From Octopus vulgaris (taxonomy: Eukaryota), in the NCBI GenBank assembly GCA_951406725.2, contig OX597814.1, positions 201,128,001 to 201,192,000 of the forward strand: 64,000 nucleotides of DNA, in the 5' to 3' direction. Made by a program: the position numbers and the translations under genes. The notes under the pieces were generated by a model. It saw only the letters and a program-made list of their open reading frames with translations, did not search any database and had not been told where the DNA came from. Position 1 is the first letter of the stretch; every line of letters starts with the position of its first letter. Of this stretch, positions 25,550 to 36,099 are shown one piece after another.

Positions 25550-25912
25550 TGGGTTCAGTCCCACTGCGTGGCATCTTGGGCAAGTGTCTTCTGCTATAGC
25601 CCCGGGCCGACCAATGCCTTGTGAGTGGATTTGGTAGACGGAAACTGAAAGAAGCCTGTCGTATATATGTATATATATGTATATGTATGTATGTGTATGT
25701 GTTTGTGTGTCTGTGTTTGTACCCCTAGCATTGCTCGACAACCGATGCTGGTGTGTTTACGTCCCCGTCACTTAGCGGTTCGGCAAAAGAGACCGATGGA
25801 ATAAGTACTGGGCTTACAAAGAATAAGTCCCGGGGTCGAGTTGCTCGACTAAAGGCCGTGCTCCAGCATGGCCGCAGTCAAATGACTGAAACATGTAAAA
25901 GAGTAAAAGAGT
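25550..25912 (+). mobile_element. SINE family A, 5'-truncated at B box
   Basis: Near-identical to 17900-18260 and 47035-47410. Confidence 0.92.
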
Positions 25913-26250
25913 ATAAATAATTATGGATATGACTTCAGAGACATTTTTCAACGTGGAGAACGTAGTGATATTTGAACCGCAGCTGAGTAGCAAGTTGGCA
26001 GCTCAGTTTCTTATTATCCTCTTGATCATTCTCGTAGCCATTTTGTCTCTTGCAGGACATAGCTGAGATTTTGAGATTCTGAGATAAAGAAAGAGAAAAG
26101 TGGACGGACATAAATTAATGGTATATAATGGATATCCATATTTATGAAATAGTGAAATAGTGTGTGTGTATGTCTGTCTGTGACCGCGTGTGTACCGTCG
26201 GCGATTTTTTTTCCTCTGTCTTCCCTTCTCTGGATCTTTCCTTCTCCTAT

Positions 26251-26285
26251 GTTTCCGACGAAGAGCTCCGCTCGAAACGTTAAAC
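26251..26285 (+). ncRNA. Minimal type I hammerhead motif (C4 variant) in a small repeat (~26165-26380)
   Basis: GTTT-CCGACGA-A-GAGC(TCC)GCTC-GAAA-CG-TT-AAAC. Confidence 0.55.
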
Positions 26286-26380
26286 CCTCCTTCTTTCCTG
26301 AGCGTCCAATAATACTATATTTGTTCCACGTCCTCGCGTTGTTGTGTTTTTTTGTGCTTTCATGTTTGGATTAACTATAC

Positions 26381-26422
<42 letters not shown>

Positions 26423-26426
<4 letters not shown>

Positions 26427-26650
26427 GGGAAACCACTATGTGAACACCCATATGCTAGAAATAGACCCGCTACGGTCTCACCACTAAGAAATGTTCTCAA
26501 GAAAAATTTAGCAAAACAACCAAAACGTAATCGAGCAAGACAAAAGAAAAAGTAATAAAAATATGGATTTTCTTGAGATCATTTCTTAGTGGTGAGACCG
26601 TAGCGGATCTATTTCTAGCATATAGGTGTCCACATAGTCGGTTCTCTCTA
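26423..26650. repeat. Inverted repeat with ~85-bp arms next to a TA tract
   Basis: TAGAGGGAAACCACTATGTG..GCTACGGTCTCACCACTAAGAAATG..CTCAAGAAAA mirrored at 26567-26650; related single arm at 45472-45590. Confidence 0.85.
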
Positions 26651-26770
26651 ATATGCATATAATACAATTTTACTGAACCTTCAGTTTTTATTTATGCTAG
26701 ACCACTGGTGTGAAATCGATGTTAATTAAATTAATATCTAATTTCTCATCCTCATTTTAAATTTAAAATT

Positions 26771-26829
<59 letters not shown>

Positions 26830-26977
26830 CTGTGTGTGTCTGTGTCTACCTGTATGTATGTGTGTCTGTCTGTCTGTCTTCATTTATGTATGTATATATA
26901 TATATATGTATATATACATACATACATACATGAAGACAGACAGATACATATATATGTATGTATGTATGTATGTATCT

Positions 26978-27017
<40 letters not shown>

Positions 27018-27022
<5 letters not shown>

Positions 27023-27230
27023 TTGTGCGGAAAGTTCGTGCCGATTTTTAAAGGAAAGAAAAAGTTCAATAAATACTTGCCATTATATTTTTAATCAACC
27101 AAATATGAACCATTTCGTTGCACAATGCGTCTCCATCTTTCCTTTAACTTGAAACTACCCTCTTCCCAGAATTGGCTAGCAAGCATAAAAAACAAAAAGG
27201 TAAGTTTATAAATTTATACACACACACACA

Positions 27231-27295
<65 letters not shown>

Positions 27296-27614
27296 GTAGA
27301 CACAGACACACACACAATTCATGGCAAAGAATTAATCAAGGTGTCTTTTTACCATTAAGACTATTCTGTAGAGACCTGGAAATCTGAAGGAGCAATATCT
27401 GGTGAATATGGAGGGTGGGGTAACACATCCCAGCCGAGCTGCAGCAATTTTTGTCTGGTTCACCAAAACAGCAAGTGCCGAAAATGAACTTTCTTATCTT
27501 CCATTTTAAAGGGTTCCAGAATTAACACAGGTTATAGGAACATAAACCTTCTTCTAAAATAAGTCGAAAGGGAAGCTACTATATAAATTGGCACGAACTT
27601 TCCGGACAACCCAA
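27018..27614 (-). mobile_element. Internally deleted mariner element carrying a filler insertion
   Basis: TIRs GGTTGTGCGGAAAGTTCGTGCCGATTT / GGTTGTCCGGAAAGTTCGTGCCAATTT; remnants LLQLGWDVLPHPPYSPDIAPSD and FWEEGSFKLKERWRRIVQRNGSY; unrelated filler at 27170-27380. Confidence 0.88.
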
Positions 27615-27673
27615 TATATATGTATATATATGCCTGTGTGTGTGTGTGTGTCTGTGTCTGCCTGTATATATAT

Positions 27674-28832
27674 ACTAACATTAAAGACCCGTCGTTGCCG
27701 GGTCATAGTGCTAGTGCATGTATATATGTATATATATATATGTGTACATATTACATGTACATCTATATATTTACATCTACTCATAAAATACAAAATACAA
27801 AGTTATATCTTGATATCGCTAATGATAACAATACTCAAAATATATAACAGACTGGAATTGTTAGCCCGTCTCTTGTAATTTCGATCAATTGTATCTTGTC
27901 CTCCCTCTTGTATAGAAGTGTGGCTACAATCCAGTCTACCTCTACTTCGGGGGCATTTAAAAAATTTTTCCGGGACGTCCTACGCCCCAGATATAAAGGT
28001 AAAAATAAAATATTTCCACGTTGCAAGTTCGAGTCGAGTACTCCCTTGCACGCTCCGTTGACTCGAACCTTGCTTCTATTGTGGCGAATTTACCGCCTCT
28101 GATTAGATAACTTTCATAGTCGCACCAAGACACTTTTCGAAGGTGCTTTCCTCCATATGTTCAAATCTTCTTTTTTCCCTACATTTTATACTTTATAGAC
28201 AATAGTCTTTTCTTTAATTTAATTTTTTATTATCCATCTGGACTATTCCATTTATGCACGCTAATTTTACTTTTAATTTATTCCCATTCATGTGAAACCA
28301 CTTATTCATGTTCAAATCATTGATGCAATTTTATACCAATTGCTATTTTTACTTTTGTCATGTTACTTTAGTTTGATTTTAATTATTACTTACTACATAT
28401 AATTCAATTGTAATTATTATTTTTATTGTTAAAGTGAAAGTATCTGACATGAAATAGAGAAACGTTTTTGTTTCACTTTTAACACGTAATACTGAAATAG
28501 TGGAGAAGATATGATATTGCTATGGGCTCGCCCTAGGCAAGAAGTTGAACATTTTTTGCCCATGAAACTACATGGACCCTAAGTAAGGCATGTGTAAAAT
28601 TTGAATGGAATTGGTTGTGTAGTTCTCAAGTTTTAGGGAATCGTAGTGGAGAAGACATGATATTGCTGTGGGCTCGCCCTAGGCAAAAAGTTAAAAAGTT
28701 TTGTTGCCAATAACACTCCCCGGACCCTAAGTAAGGCATGTGTAAAATTCGAATGAAATTGGTTGTGTAGTTCTCAAGTTTTAGGGAAACACACAGACAG
28801 ACACACATTCTCAGATTTATATATATAAAGAT
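27674..28832 (-). mobile_element. Non-autonomous Helitron-like element with internal 146-bp tandem duplication
   Basis: Minus 5' ATCTTTATATATATAAATCTGAGAATGTGTGTCTGTCTG; 3' hairpin GACCCGGCAACGACGGGTC + TTAGT; duplicated unit 28498-28643/28644-28789. Confidence 0.72.
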
Positions 28833-29019
28833 ATATATATATACGTTTAAATATTTGTTGTGCAAGATTTTTTATGTGAAGTCGTGTGTTGAAGCAGATA
28901 TTGTTATATTTCGGAATGGTCATATTGCCAGTTTAGCCAATGAAAACACACGCACTATATATTTGGTGTTATTTTGCTTCAGTGTTATTTATTTTTTACC
29001 TTAATCTTAATCTTATTTC

Positions 29020-29064
29020 GGCCAGAGTTCTTTCGTTACACTCCTGTGACCGCATCAGTAGTCC
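29020..29064 (-). ncRNA. Degenerate hammerhead-like motif downstream of the Penelope ORF
   Basis: Minus strand GGACTA-CTGATGCG-GTCACA(GGAG)TGTAAC-GAAA-GAAC-TC-TGGCC. Confidence 0.4.
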
Positions 29065-29529
29065 TTTGTTTTCTTCTTTCTTATTTGTGTCTCTCCTTAC
29101 TAACCGTCAGCCATTTTGTATTTCTATTGTATGTCTTCATTTGCGCATGCTTATATCTCTATGTGCGTCTATGTTTATTTAGTGTATGTGGGGGGATGCC
29201 TATAATATTTGTATCTTCTGTTTATATATGTTCATGTAATTTGTATTTTGTTTTTGTTGTTTTTGTTTATTCTTATTTTGTTCATGTGTTTACATCCACT
29301 TATTATTATCATTACATATGCTTGTATGTATGTATGTATGTATGTATGTATGTATGTATGTATGTATGTATGTATGTATGTATGTATGTATGTATAACAA
29401 CAATACTAGTAATAATAATAATAAATCGAATCGAAAAAAAAATATATATATAGTTATTTATTTCTATTAGTTTATTTATCTGTGTATTTATTATGTTTTC
29501 AGGATCCTCTATCGTCATATGTTGTGGTG

Positions 29530-31875
29530 TGTGTTAGTGCTCCATTCTAGTTTTCTATTCAGGCTAGGTTTATTTTCTATTATGTGTGTAGCTTCTGTAA
29601 TTTGTCCAATTGTTGCATCTGTTCTATGTGTGGACAATATTTTAATTTCTATGTTATTGATTGATCCCCCCGTGTTCCTGTTCGGCGTGTTGGTACAGAA
29701 TAGATGAGCTTTTACCTTCCTTGAGTTGTCTCCAATGTCCGTTTACCCGCTCTCCTATGCTTCTTGCCGTTTCCCCTACGTATGTCGTTGTCTTGTTACT
29801 GCATCGTCCCTCTATACATCTTATACTATAGACTACATTTCTGGCTTTACAGTTTGTTTGTGGGCTAAATCTACAAACAGTACAGTACTTATCCGTACAG
29901 GGGGTTCTATTAAAAGGATAGGTTCTACCAATTATAGATTTGATAGGGTTGCCTGGCTTTTCAACAACCTTAATTCTTAGCTTAAGTTTGTCTAGGGTCC
30001 TTCTAAAGCGGTACGCCAGCTCACCTCCAGGGGTGGTGTCAACGAACATAGCACTCTGGTATTTATGGCTATCATACCAAGAGTTGGCCTTCCCTATTTT
30101 CTTTTTTGTCCTTTCTATAGTGTTCCATGACTTGTTCCTATAGAGTGGGCAAATCCCATTCCTATCATTACATAATATATTATCAAATTTCTTCATGGCT
30201 CCTTTGTATACTCTGGTCCTTTCTTTATGGCTGTAACCTGAGAACTGCATGCGGTGAATGAAATATTGTATGTGTCTCTTTAACTCTGTGGGCTCGCACA
30301 TGCATGACACATTTCTCATTATTCTGACGAGGTCTGCCATCAAAATATTGAATTTGGCATTGTCCGCAATGGCTGAGTTCCGGTGGATCAAGTATTTTGA
30401 GGCCATAGGTTTGGCATAGTATGAATGAAGGATTTGGGTTTTATTATTCACAATTTCTAACCAGAGTTCAGTGTCTAGTACTGGTAGTCTATGGTTGGGG
30501 TGTTTAGTGGGGTAGTATATTGTGACCTTAATACTCTGGTGGATGGAGTTAGCTATTTGCTGGATGCTCTCCATAGTATTAGTTTCTATTACTATATCAA
30601 CATTACTCTCTTGTGAGGGTGCCTTTACCACTATGTTGATATCATCAACATAGCGAGAGTACATGTTTACGAGTATGGAGTTCTGTGTTAGGCGTTCTTT
30701 AAGCCTTCTGTCCCACCATACCATGAAAAGGTTGGCCACATCACCAGCGATACTAACGCCAATGGCTGCCCCCTCGTCCTGGGCATATATTTTATTATTA
30801 AACTTAAACGTGTGGCCTTTTAGGGTAACTCTTATACTAGCTCCTAGTGCATGTGCGATCATTTTCTTTATTTGATGGACATTTGCAGGGCTCCGTATGG
30901 CTCTAGTCCATCCGCGCCATCTTTCTATATGTGTCTTCCTAGCCATAGAAGTAATTATGGGCGGTCTACCTCTTAAACATCTACTGGGGCAGAAACTACT
31001 AAGATTATGTTTATCTAAGTATTCATTATTACATGTCAGTCTAAGTAGGAGGCCCAGTTCTTCTGCGTTGACATTACGGAACTCCACCTGGCTCTCATTG
31101 ATCAGCTCCACACACTTCTTCACCTCAAAATCTACGTCGATCGATGGGTATAGGGATACCACATCCATGCTACCCACCATACATCCTGTCAGGTCACAAG
31201 TGTTGTTACAGTCATCGATCCTGCTGAGATCTTCTGTGCTGTCACAAACATCAGGTGACATCCGGATTATAGGGCGTATGATCATTGAGAGGAAGTAGGA
31301 GATTCTGTAATTGCTAGCGATATTCGCTCCACAGACTGGTCTTGCTGGTGGTCCTGCTATAGGGTCAGTAATTACTTTATGGTCCTTGCGAAGTCCATAC
31401 AGTGCCGGGATATCATTGTTCCAGGCTTGGAAATTATTTTCTGTACGTTTCTGGGGTCCCAGAACAATTGTCCACATCATCATGTGGGCATTGAGGACCT
31501 TTTCTCTCTCCTCATGCGCCTGTACAGTTGTTATTTTTGTATTGGCGATATGAGGTTGCATTGCCTGGATGTAGTTCGGTAAGCTGTCTATCGACATCCT
31601 GCTGGATTTATCTGTGGGAAGGCATACCACCTCTCCGTTCCTCGTGTGCTGAATGAGCTTATGTAGGCCACATGCAGGTTTAATCCCGAGTTGTTGGGCC
31701 TATGTCTTATTCTGTCTCTGTCTCTTAGTGTATAATCCTAAAATCTGCCTAAGTTTGGTCCTAGCTATAGTGAACTGTGCTTCCATATGGTCATTAGTAT
31801 GTCTTGGGATGTAGACTCTTTTGTTGAAGGGTAATGTTGTTGGATAAATCCGGCTCATGCAGTAAGTTTTGTCAC
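29530..31875 (-). mobile_element. Penelope-like retroelement (RT + C-terminal GIY-YIG), nearly complete and lightly decayed
   Basis: 658-aa ORF: LYGLRKDHK, PARPVCGAN, SMDVVSLYPSI, YAQDEGAAIG..VANLFM, YSRYVDDI, Cys linker CTDKYCTVC..NC, NVVYSIRC..YVGETARSIGER; upstream frame continues past TAG at 31700; C-terminus (QITEATHI..PSLNRKLEW) frameshifted. Confidence 0.93.
29654..31630 (-). CDS. Penelope-like RT/GIY-YIG ORF (longest open segment of a pseudogene)
   Basis: ORF track 658 aa with RT and GIY-YIG motifs. Confidence 0.85.
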   Translation of the reverse strand: MVCLPTDKSSRMSIDSLPNYIQAMQPHIANTKITTVQAHEEREKVLNAHMMMWTIVLGPQKRTENNFQAWNNDIPALYGLRKDHKVITDPIAGPPARPVCGANIASNYRISYFLSMIIRPIIRMSPDVCDSTEDLSRIDDCNNTCDLTGCMVGSMDVVSLYPSIDVDFEVKKCVELINESQVEFRNVNAEELGLLLRLTCNNEYLDKHNLSSFCPSRCLRGRPPIITSMARKTHIERWRGWTRAIRSPANVHQIKKMIAHALGASIRVTLKGHTFKFNNKIYAQDEGAAIGVSIAGDVANLFMVWWDRRLKERLTQNSILVNMYSRYVDDINIVVKAPSQESNVDIVIETNTMESIQQIANSIHQSIKVTIYYPTKHPNHRLPVLDTELWLEIVNNKTQILHSYYAKPMASKYLIHRNSAIADNAKFNILMADLVRIMRNVSCMCEPTELKRHIQYFIHRMQFSGYSHKERTRVYKGAMKKFDNILCNDRNGICPLYRNKSWNTIERTKKKIGKANSWYDSHKYQSAMFVDTTPGGELAYRFRRTLDKLKLRIKVVEKPGNPIKSIIGRTYPFNRTPCTDKYCTVCRFSPQTNCKARNVVYSIRCIEGRCSNKTTTYVGETARSIGERVNGHWRQLKEGKSSSILYQHAEQEHGGINQ

Positions 31876-31984
31876 ATATATATATGTTTGTGTGTGTGTG
31901 TGTGTGTGTGTATAAATTTATAAACTTACCTTTTTGTTTTTTATGCTTGCTAGCCATTTATATTATTGTTATTTAATATCTTCA

Positions 31985-32470
31985 TTTATGTATGTATGTA
32001 TATATATATACATATATATGTACACACACATACACATATTCATCTACGTATATAATTTACAATATATATATAATTGTACATACATACATATATGTATGTA
32101 TGTATGTATGCATGTATGCATGTATGTATATGCATATATGTATGTGTATATATATATATAATTATTTATACGTACATACATTTATATCCATACATATATA
32201 TGCACACATACATATATACATTCATACATACATGCAAACATACACACACACTTACGTACATAGGTTATTTTATATATATGTGTGTGTGTGTGAAGAGATT
32301 ATCCAATTATACTAAATGTAATGCACACAGGTTATCCAATCCTATGAAACTTTACACACACATATGTGTATATACATCTATACACACACATATGCATATC
32401 TGTGTGCATGCATATATATATATGTATGTGTATGTGTGTGCGTCTGTGTAAGTGTGCTTGGTTATGTATG
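31985..32470. repeat. Compound TA/CA/TATG microsatellite
   Basis: Direct reading. Confidence 0.9.
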
Positions 32471-32989
32471 TAACTGTTTCTGTCTGTGCAAAGCCATGTT
32501 GTTTCATAATAATTCTTCGCTGTATCAGAACCGATTCTATATATAACCCTAGCCAAGATGAATCTACCCTGCACCAATAAAGACAATATAACGTCGAGAA
32601 ATCAATTTCCATTATATTTGTATTTATTGCAATAAAGATACGCCTATGTTTTCTGACACCAAGTTCAACAAAGCTCATATGATATTAACAATTTATGTAC
32701 GATATAATATTATATATGTGTGGGACGAACTGATAGAGGTCGTCAAAATAGACTATAATATGTAAGATGTGGTCAAAATGCTACACTTTGTGGGGAACTT
32801 TTCCATATAATGTTTTGAACTAAATAATTGCTATCATAAACTTAAAGTAGTTTTCAGAGTCAAGCATTTATATAGCGTTGCTTAATTGATTATCTAATAC
32901 ACGCCTGGTAAGTACTGCGGCATAGATGTTAAGCTGGACAGTAGACAGTAGTTGCAGGTTCGAGTTGTGGTTGGTCTATTTGATTAAGG

Positions 32990-33670
32990 TTTAGATAAAT
33001 CAAATATACTTCGGCCAAATATTGGCGTAGGCCTTGTCTAACTTAATAGCACAAACTGATAGGTTTTGTGGTATCATGGCCCGTTCATGTAGTGAGTTGC
33101 TTTTGATAGAGATGTTCCCAGGTATAGGTGGCTTATCGGGTGTCCTTTGAAGAAATATGTTCAGGTTTCGTTTGAAGGTGATGGCATCGTTTGCTTCTGT
33201 TTTTGATGTGTTTTGGGATAATGTTAAATAGAGCAAGGCCCTTTGAGGGAAATGCACTGTGTTGCAGTATATTTATTTGTTGTGATCCTGAATTGTGATT
33301 TTACGCGTGGTCCCAGACTTGGATGAATTCTGATCTGATGTTAAGATCGTTTAGGTGGTATGTTCTCCACATTGTGAAAATGATGGAGTGCTCACAACGT
33401 GCTGGAGAGAATAAAGATTCAGTGTTTTAAGGTTGTCCCAATAATCAAAGTCAGTCATGCATTTTACTTTTTTAGGGAATGCTCTCTGCGGGGACTCAAT
33501 TCTCATAATGTTTTGCTTGGTATGGGAAGACCACGGGAACAGCTGTACTCTAAGTGTGGTCGTGCAAAAGACGAGAAGACGGGACTGACAACATCTTGGT
33601 CTCTGGACCGGAAAGTTCTGTGGTTCCAGGAGCTCATCCTGCGAGCCCTATCGACTTTACTATTGATGTA
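32990..33670 (-). mobile_element. CR1-group LINE 3' fragment
   Basis: RTFRSRDQDVVSPVFSSFARPHLEYSCS; TFKRNLNIFLQRTPDKPPIPG..SNSLHE; homologous to 20727-21065. Confidence 0.72.
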
Positions 33671-33846
33671 GAATAGAGATACAGGTACATGTCTGCGACC
33701 TTCACTGTATTTGTGAATTCATCACATTTTGACGCATTATTCTGATCATAAGATATTTGGTTCTTTTAGGTGTAGAGCAAGCTTACGCAGTAGACATACA
33801 AGCATGTCCAATTTATACTTATTCCGCTACAGATTAAAAAGAAATG

Positions 33847-34022
33847 ATGTGGCTCTGTGGTAAGAAGCTGGCTTCCCAACCACATGGTTTAGAGTTCAGT
33901 CCCACTGCGTGACACCTTCGGCAAGTGTCTTCTACTATTACTTTGGGCCAACCAAAGCCTTGTGAATGAACTTGGTAGACAAGAACTGAAAGAAGCCCGT
34001 CGTATATACATACATGCATGCA

Positions 34023-34084
<62 letters not shown>

Positions 34085-35768
34085 TATATATGTATGTATA
34101 TGTATGTATGTATGTATATATATGTATATGTATGTATGTATATGTATGTATGTATATATGTGTATGTACGTGTATGTATATATATATGTATGTACGAGGG
34201 ACGTTCAATAAGTAATGCCTCTGACCCACTTGCAGTTGTTTGATCTAGCTGAAATTTTACATGTGCAATCAATTATATCTCTATAGATTAAGTGATTTAC
34301 AGGTGTTTGAACCGAGTCAAGTGTGAATTGGAGCCTGTTGAGTGTCGAGCAGTGATCCGGTTTTTGTATTTGAAACGACGCACACCACGGGAGACTTTTG
34401 ATGAAATGAAAGTAACTTATGGTGATGATGCCCCATCATATGACCTTGTAAAACGCTGGCATCGTGAATTCAAACATGGTCGGAACTCTGTGGAAACAGC
34501 TCCCAGATCTGGTCGCCCCCTTCTGCCATTGATGAGGCATCTGTCCGTCAAGTTGAGGCTGCCATTTTGGAAGATCGACGCATAACTATTCGCCAAATAG
34601 CCCATGAGATCAAGATTAGTACCGGGTCTGTGGAAACTATCATTCATGACCATTTGCATATGCAAAAGGTGTCTGCCAGATGGATTCCCAGGTTGCTCAC
34701 GCCTTTCCAGAAGCAAGAACGCGTCGAGTGCTCGAGGGTGAATTTGGAGATGTGCCAAGAAGATGAGTCAAAGTTTTTCAAAAGGCTGATTACACAGGAT
34801 GAAACCTGGGTCCATCACGATGATCCAGAGACCAAAGCCCAGTCAATGCAGTGGAAGCACCGTGACTCATCCCCTCCAAAGAAGGCAAGGGTGCAGCCCT
34901 CCGCTGGCAAGGTCATGCTCACAGTCTTCTGGGACCCAAACAGAGTAGTGATGACAGATTTCCTGGCAAAGGGTACCACAATTGCAGGAGCCTATTATGC
35001 TTCACTTTTGAGGAAATTAAGAGAAGTTATCAAAATCAAGAGGCGGGGGAAGATCAGCAAAGGCATCCTCATGCTGCAGGACAACGCTCCGGTCCACAAC
35101 TCGCTTGTCGCCAGATCAGAAGCACAGGCGTATGGCTATGAACTCCTCCCCATCCCCCCTACTCTCCGGACCTTGCACCCTCTGATTTTTACCTCTTCCC
35201 AATCATGAAGTTGTTTTTGAAAGGAAAGCGTTTCCCAGATGATGCAGCCTTGATTTCTGAAGTCACGTTGAGGTTGGAGGACCAAGCTGGGTTCTTCTAC
35301 AAAAACGGTCTCCAGAGCCGCATCAAACGATGGGAGAAATGCGTAACTCTGTGTGGTTCCTATGTAGAAAAAGACTAATAACTGTGCCAAGTTTCGTTGC
35401 TCTACTGCTATGGGAAGTGGGTCAGGGGCATTACTTATTGAACGCCCCTCGTATATGTATGTATATATATGTATGTATATGTATATATATGTATATATAT
35501 ATATGTATATATATATATGTATATATATGTATGTATGTGCGTGTCTCTGTATTTGTGTCTGTTTGTCCCCCACCATCGCTTGACAACTTGTGTTGGTGTG
35601 TTTACGTCCCCGTAACTTAGCAGTTCGATAAAAGAAACCGATTGAATATGTGCTAGGTTTAGAAAAAAATAACTCCTGGCGTTGATTTGTTCGATTAAAA
35701 CCCTTCAAGGCGGTGCCCCAGCATGGCCGCAGTCAAATGAGACTGAAAGCAGTAAAAGGTAAAAGATG
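33847..35768 (+). mobile_element. SINE family A split by a mariner insertion into its internal microsatellite
   Basis: 5' half at 33847-34192, 3' half at 35452-35768. Confidence 0.88.
34195..35451 (+). mobile_element. Full-length mariner transposon (DD34D), transposase frameshifted
   Basis: TIRs CGAGGGACGTTCAATAAGTAATGCC / GGCATTACTTATTGAACGCCCCTCG with TA duplication; motifs RSGRP, SARWIPRLL, ITQDETW, LQDNAPVH, HPPYSPDLAPSDF; frameshifts near 34520 and 35150; stop at 35376-35378. Confidence 0.96.
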
Positions 35769-35932
35769 ACCTTAATCGATTTTCGTATCTTATTGGGGTC
35801 AAGTGATGGTGTCTCCATCATTTGACCAATCCGAGAGAAGCAAGCGGTTAATCCTCATGAAATCTCATAGCGTCAGAGATCAGAATTGATTAACTTGCAT
35901 GTCCATACTAAACATAACTCTATAGGTCCACT

Positions 35933-36099
35933 CACTAGCACAGCTAGGGGCCGGGCGGTAGGGGCGGTCCGCCCCGGGCGGCTTTTTTGAAGGGGCACCG
36001 CTTTTGGGTCTGCTGTAGGCAATATGTGTTTTTAGTGGAGTCCGGCGGCGGAAAACGGAAGGGCCGCCCCGGTTGGCATCCACTCTAGCTACGCTAGTG
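35933..36099. mobile_element. GC-rich hAT-like MITE
   Basis: TIRs CACTAGCACAGCTAG / CTAGCTACGCTAGTG; imperfect 8-bp TSD GGTCCACT/GGTTCCCT. Confidence 0.72.

Noticed and set aside
28895-28950. HHR-like spacing on the minus strand (ATTGG-CTAAACT..CC-GAAA-TATAACAAT)
   Set aside because: The core deviates too far from CUGANGA.
29654-31875. Selenocysteine recoding as in some Naiad PLEs
   Set aside because: The conserved Cys codons are ordinary and the upstream in-frame stop is TAG; no TGA at Cys positions was seen.
31924-31957. ATG..AAAAG|GTAAGT micro-exon-like sequence (MASKHKKQK)
   Set aside because: Too short, embedded in microsatellite, with no partner exons identified.
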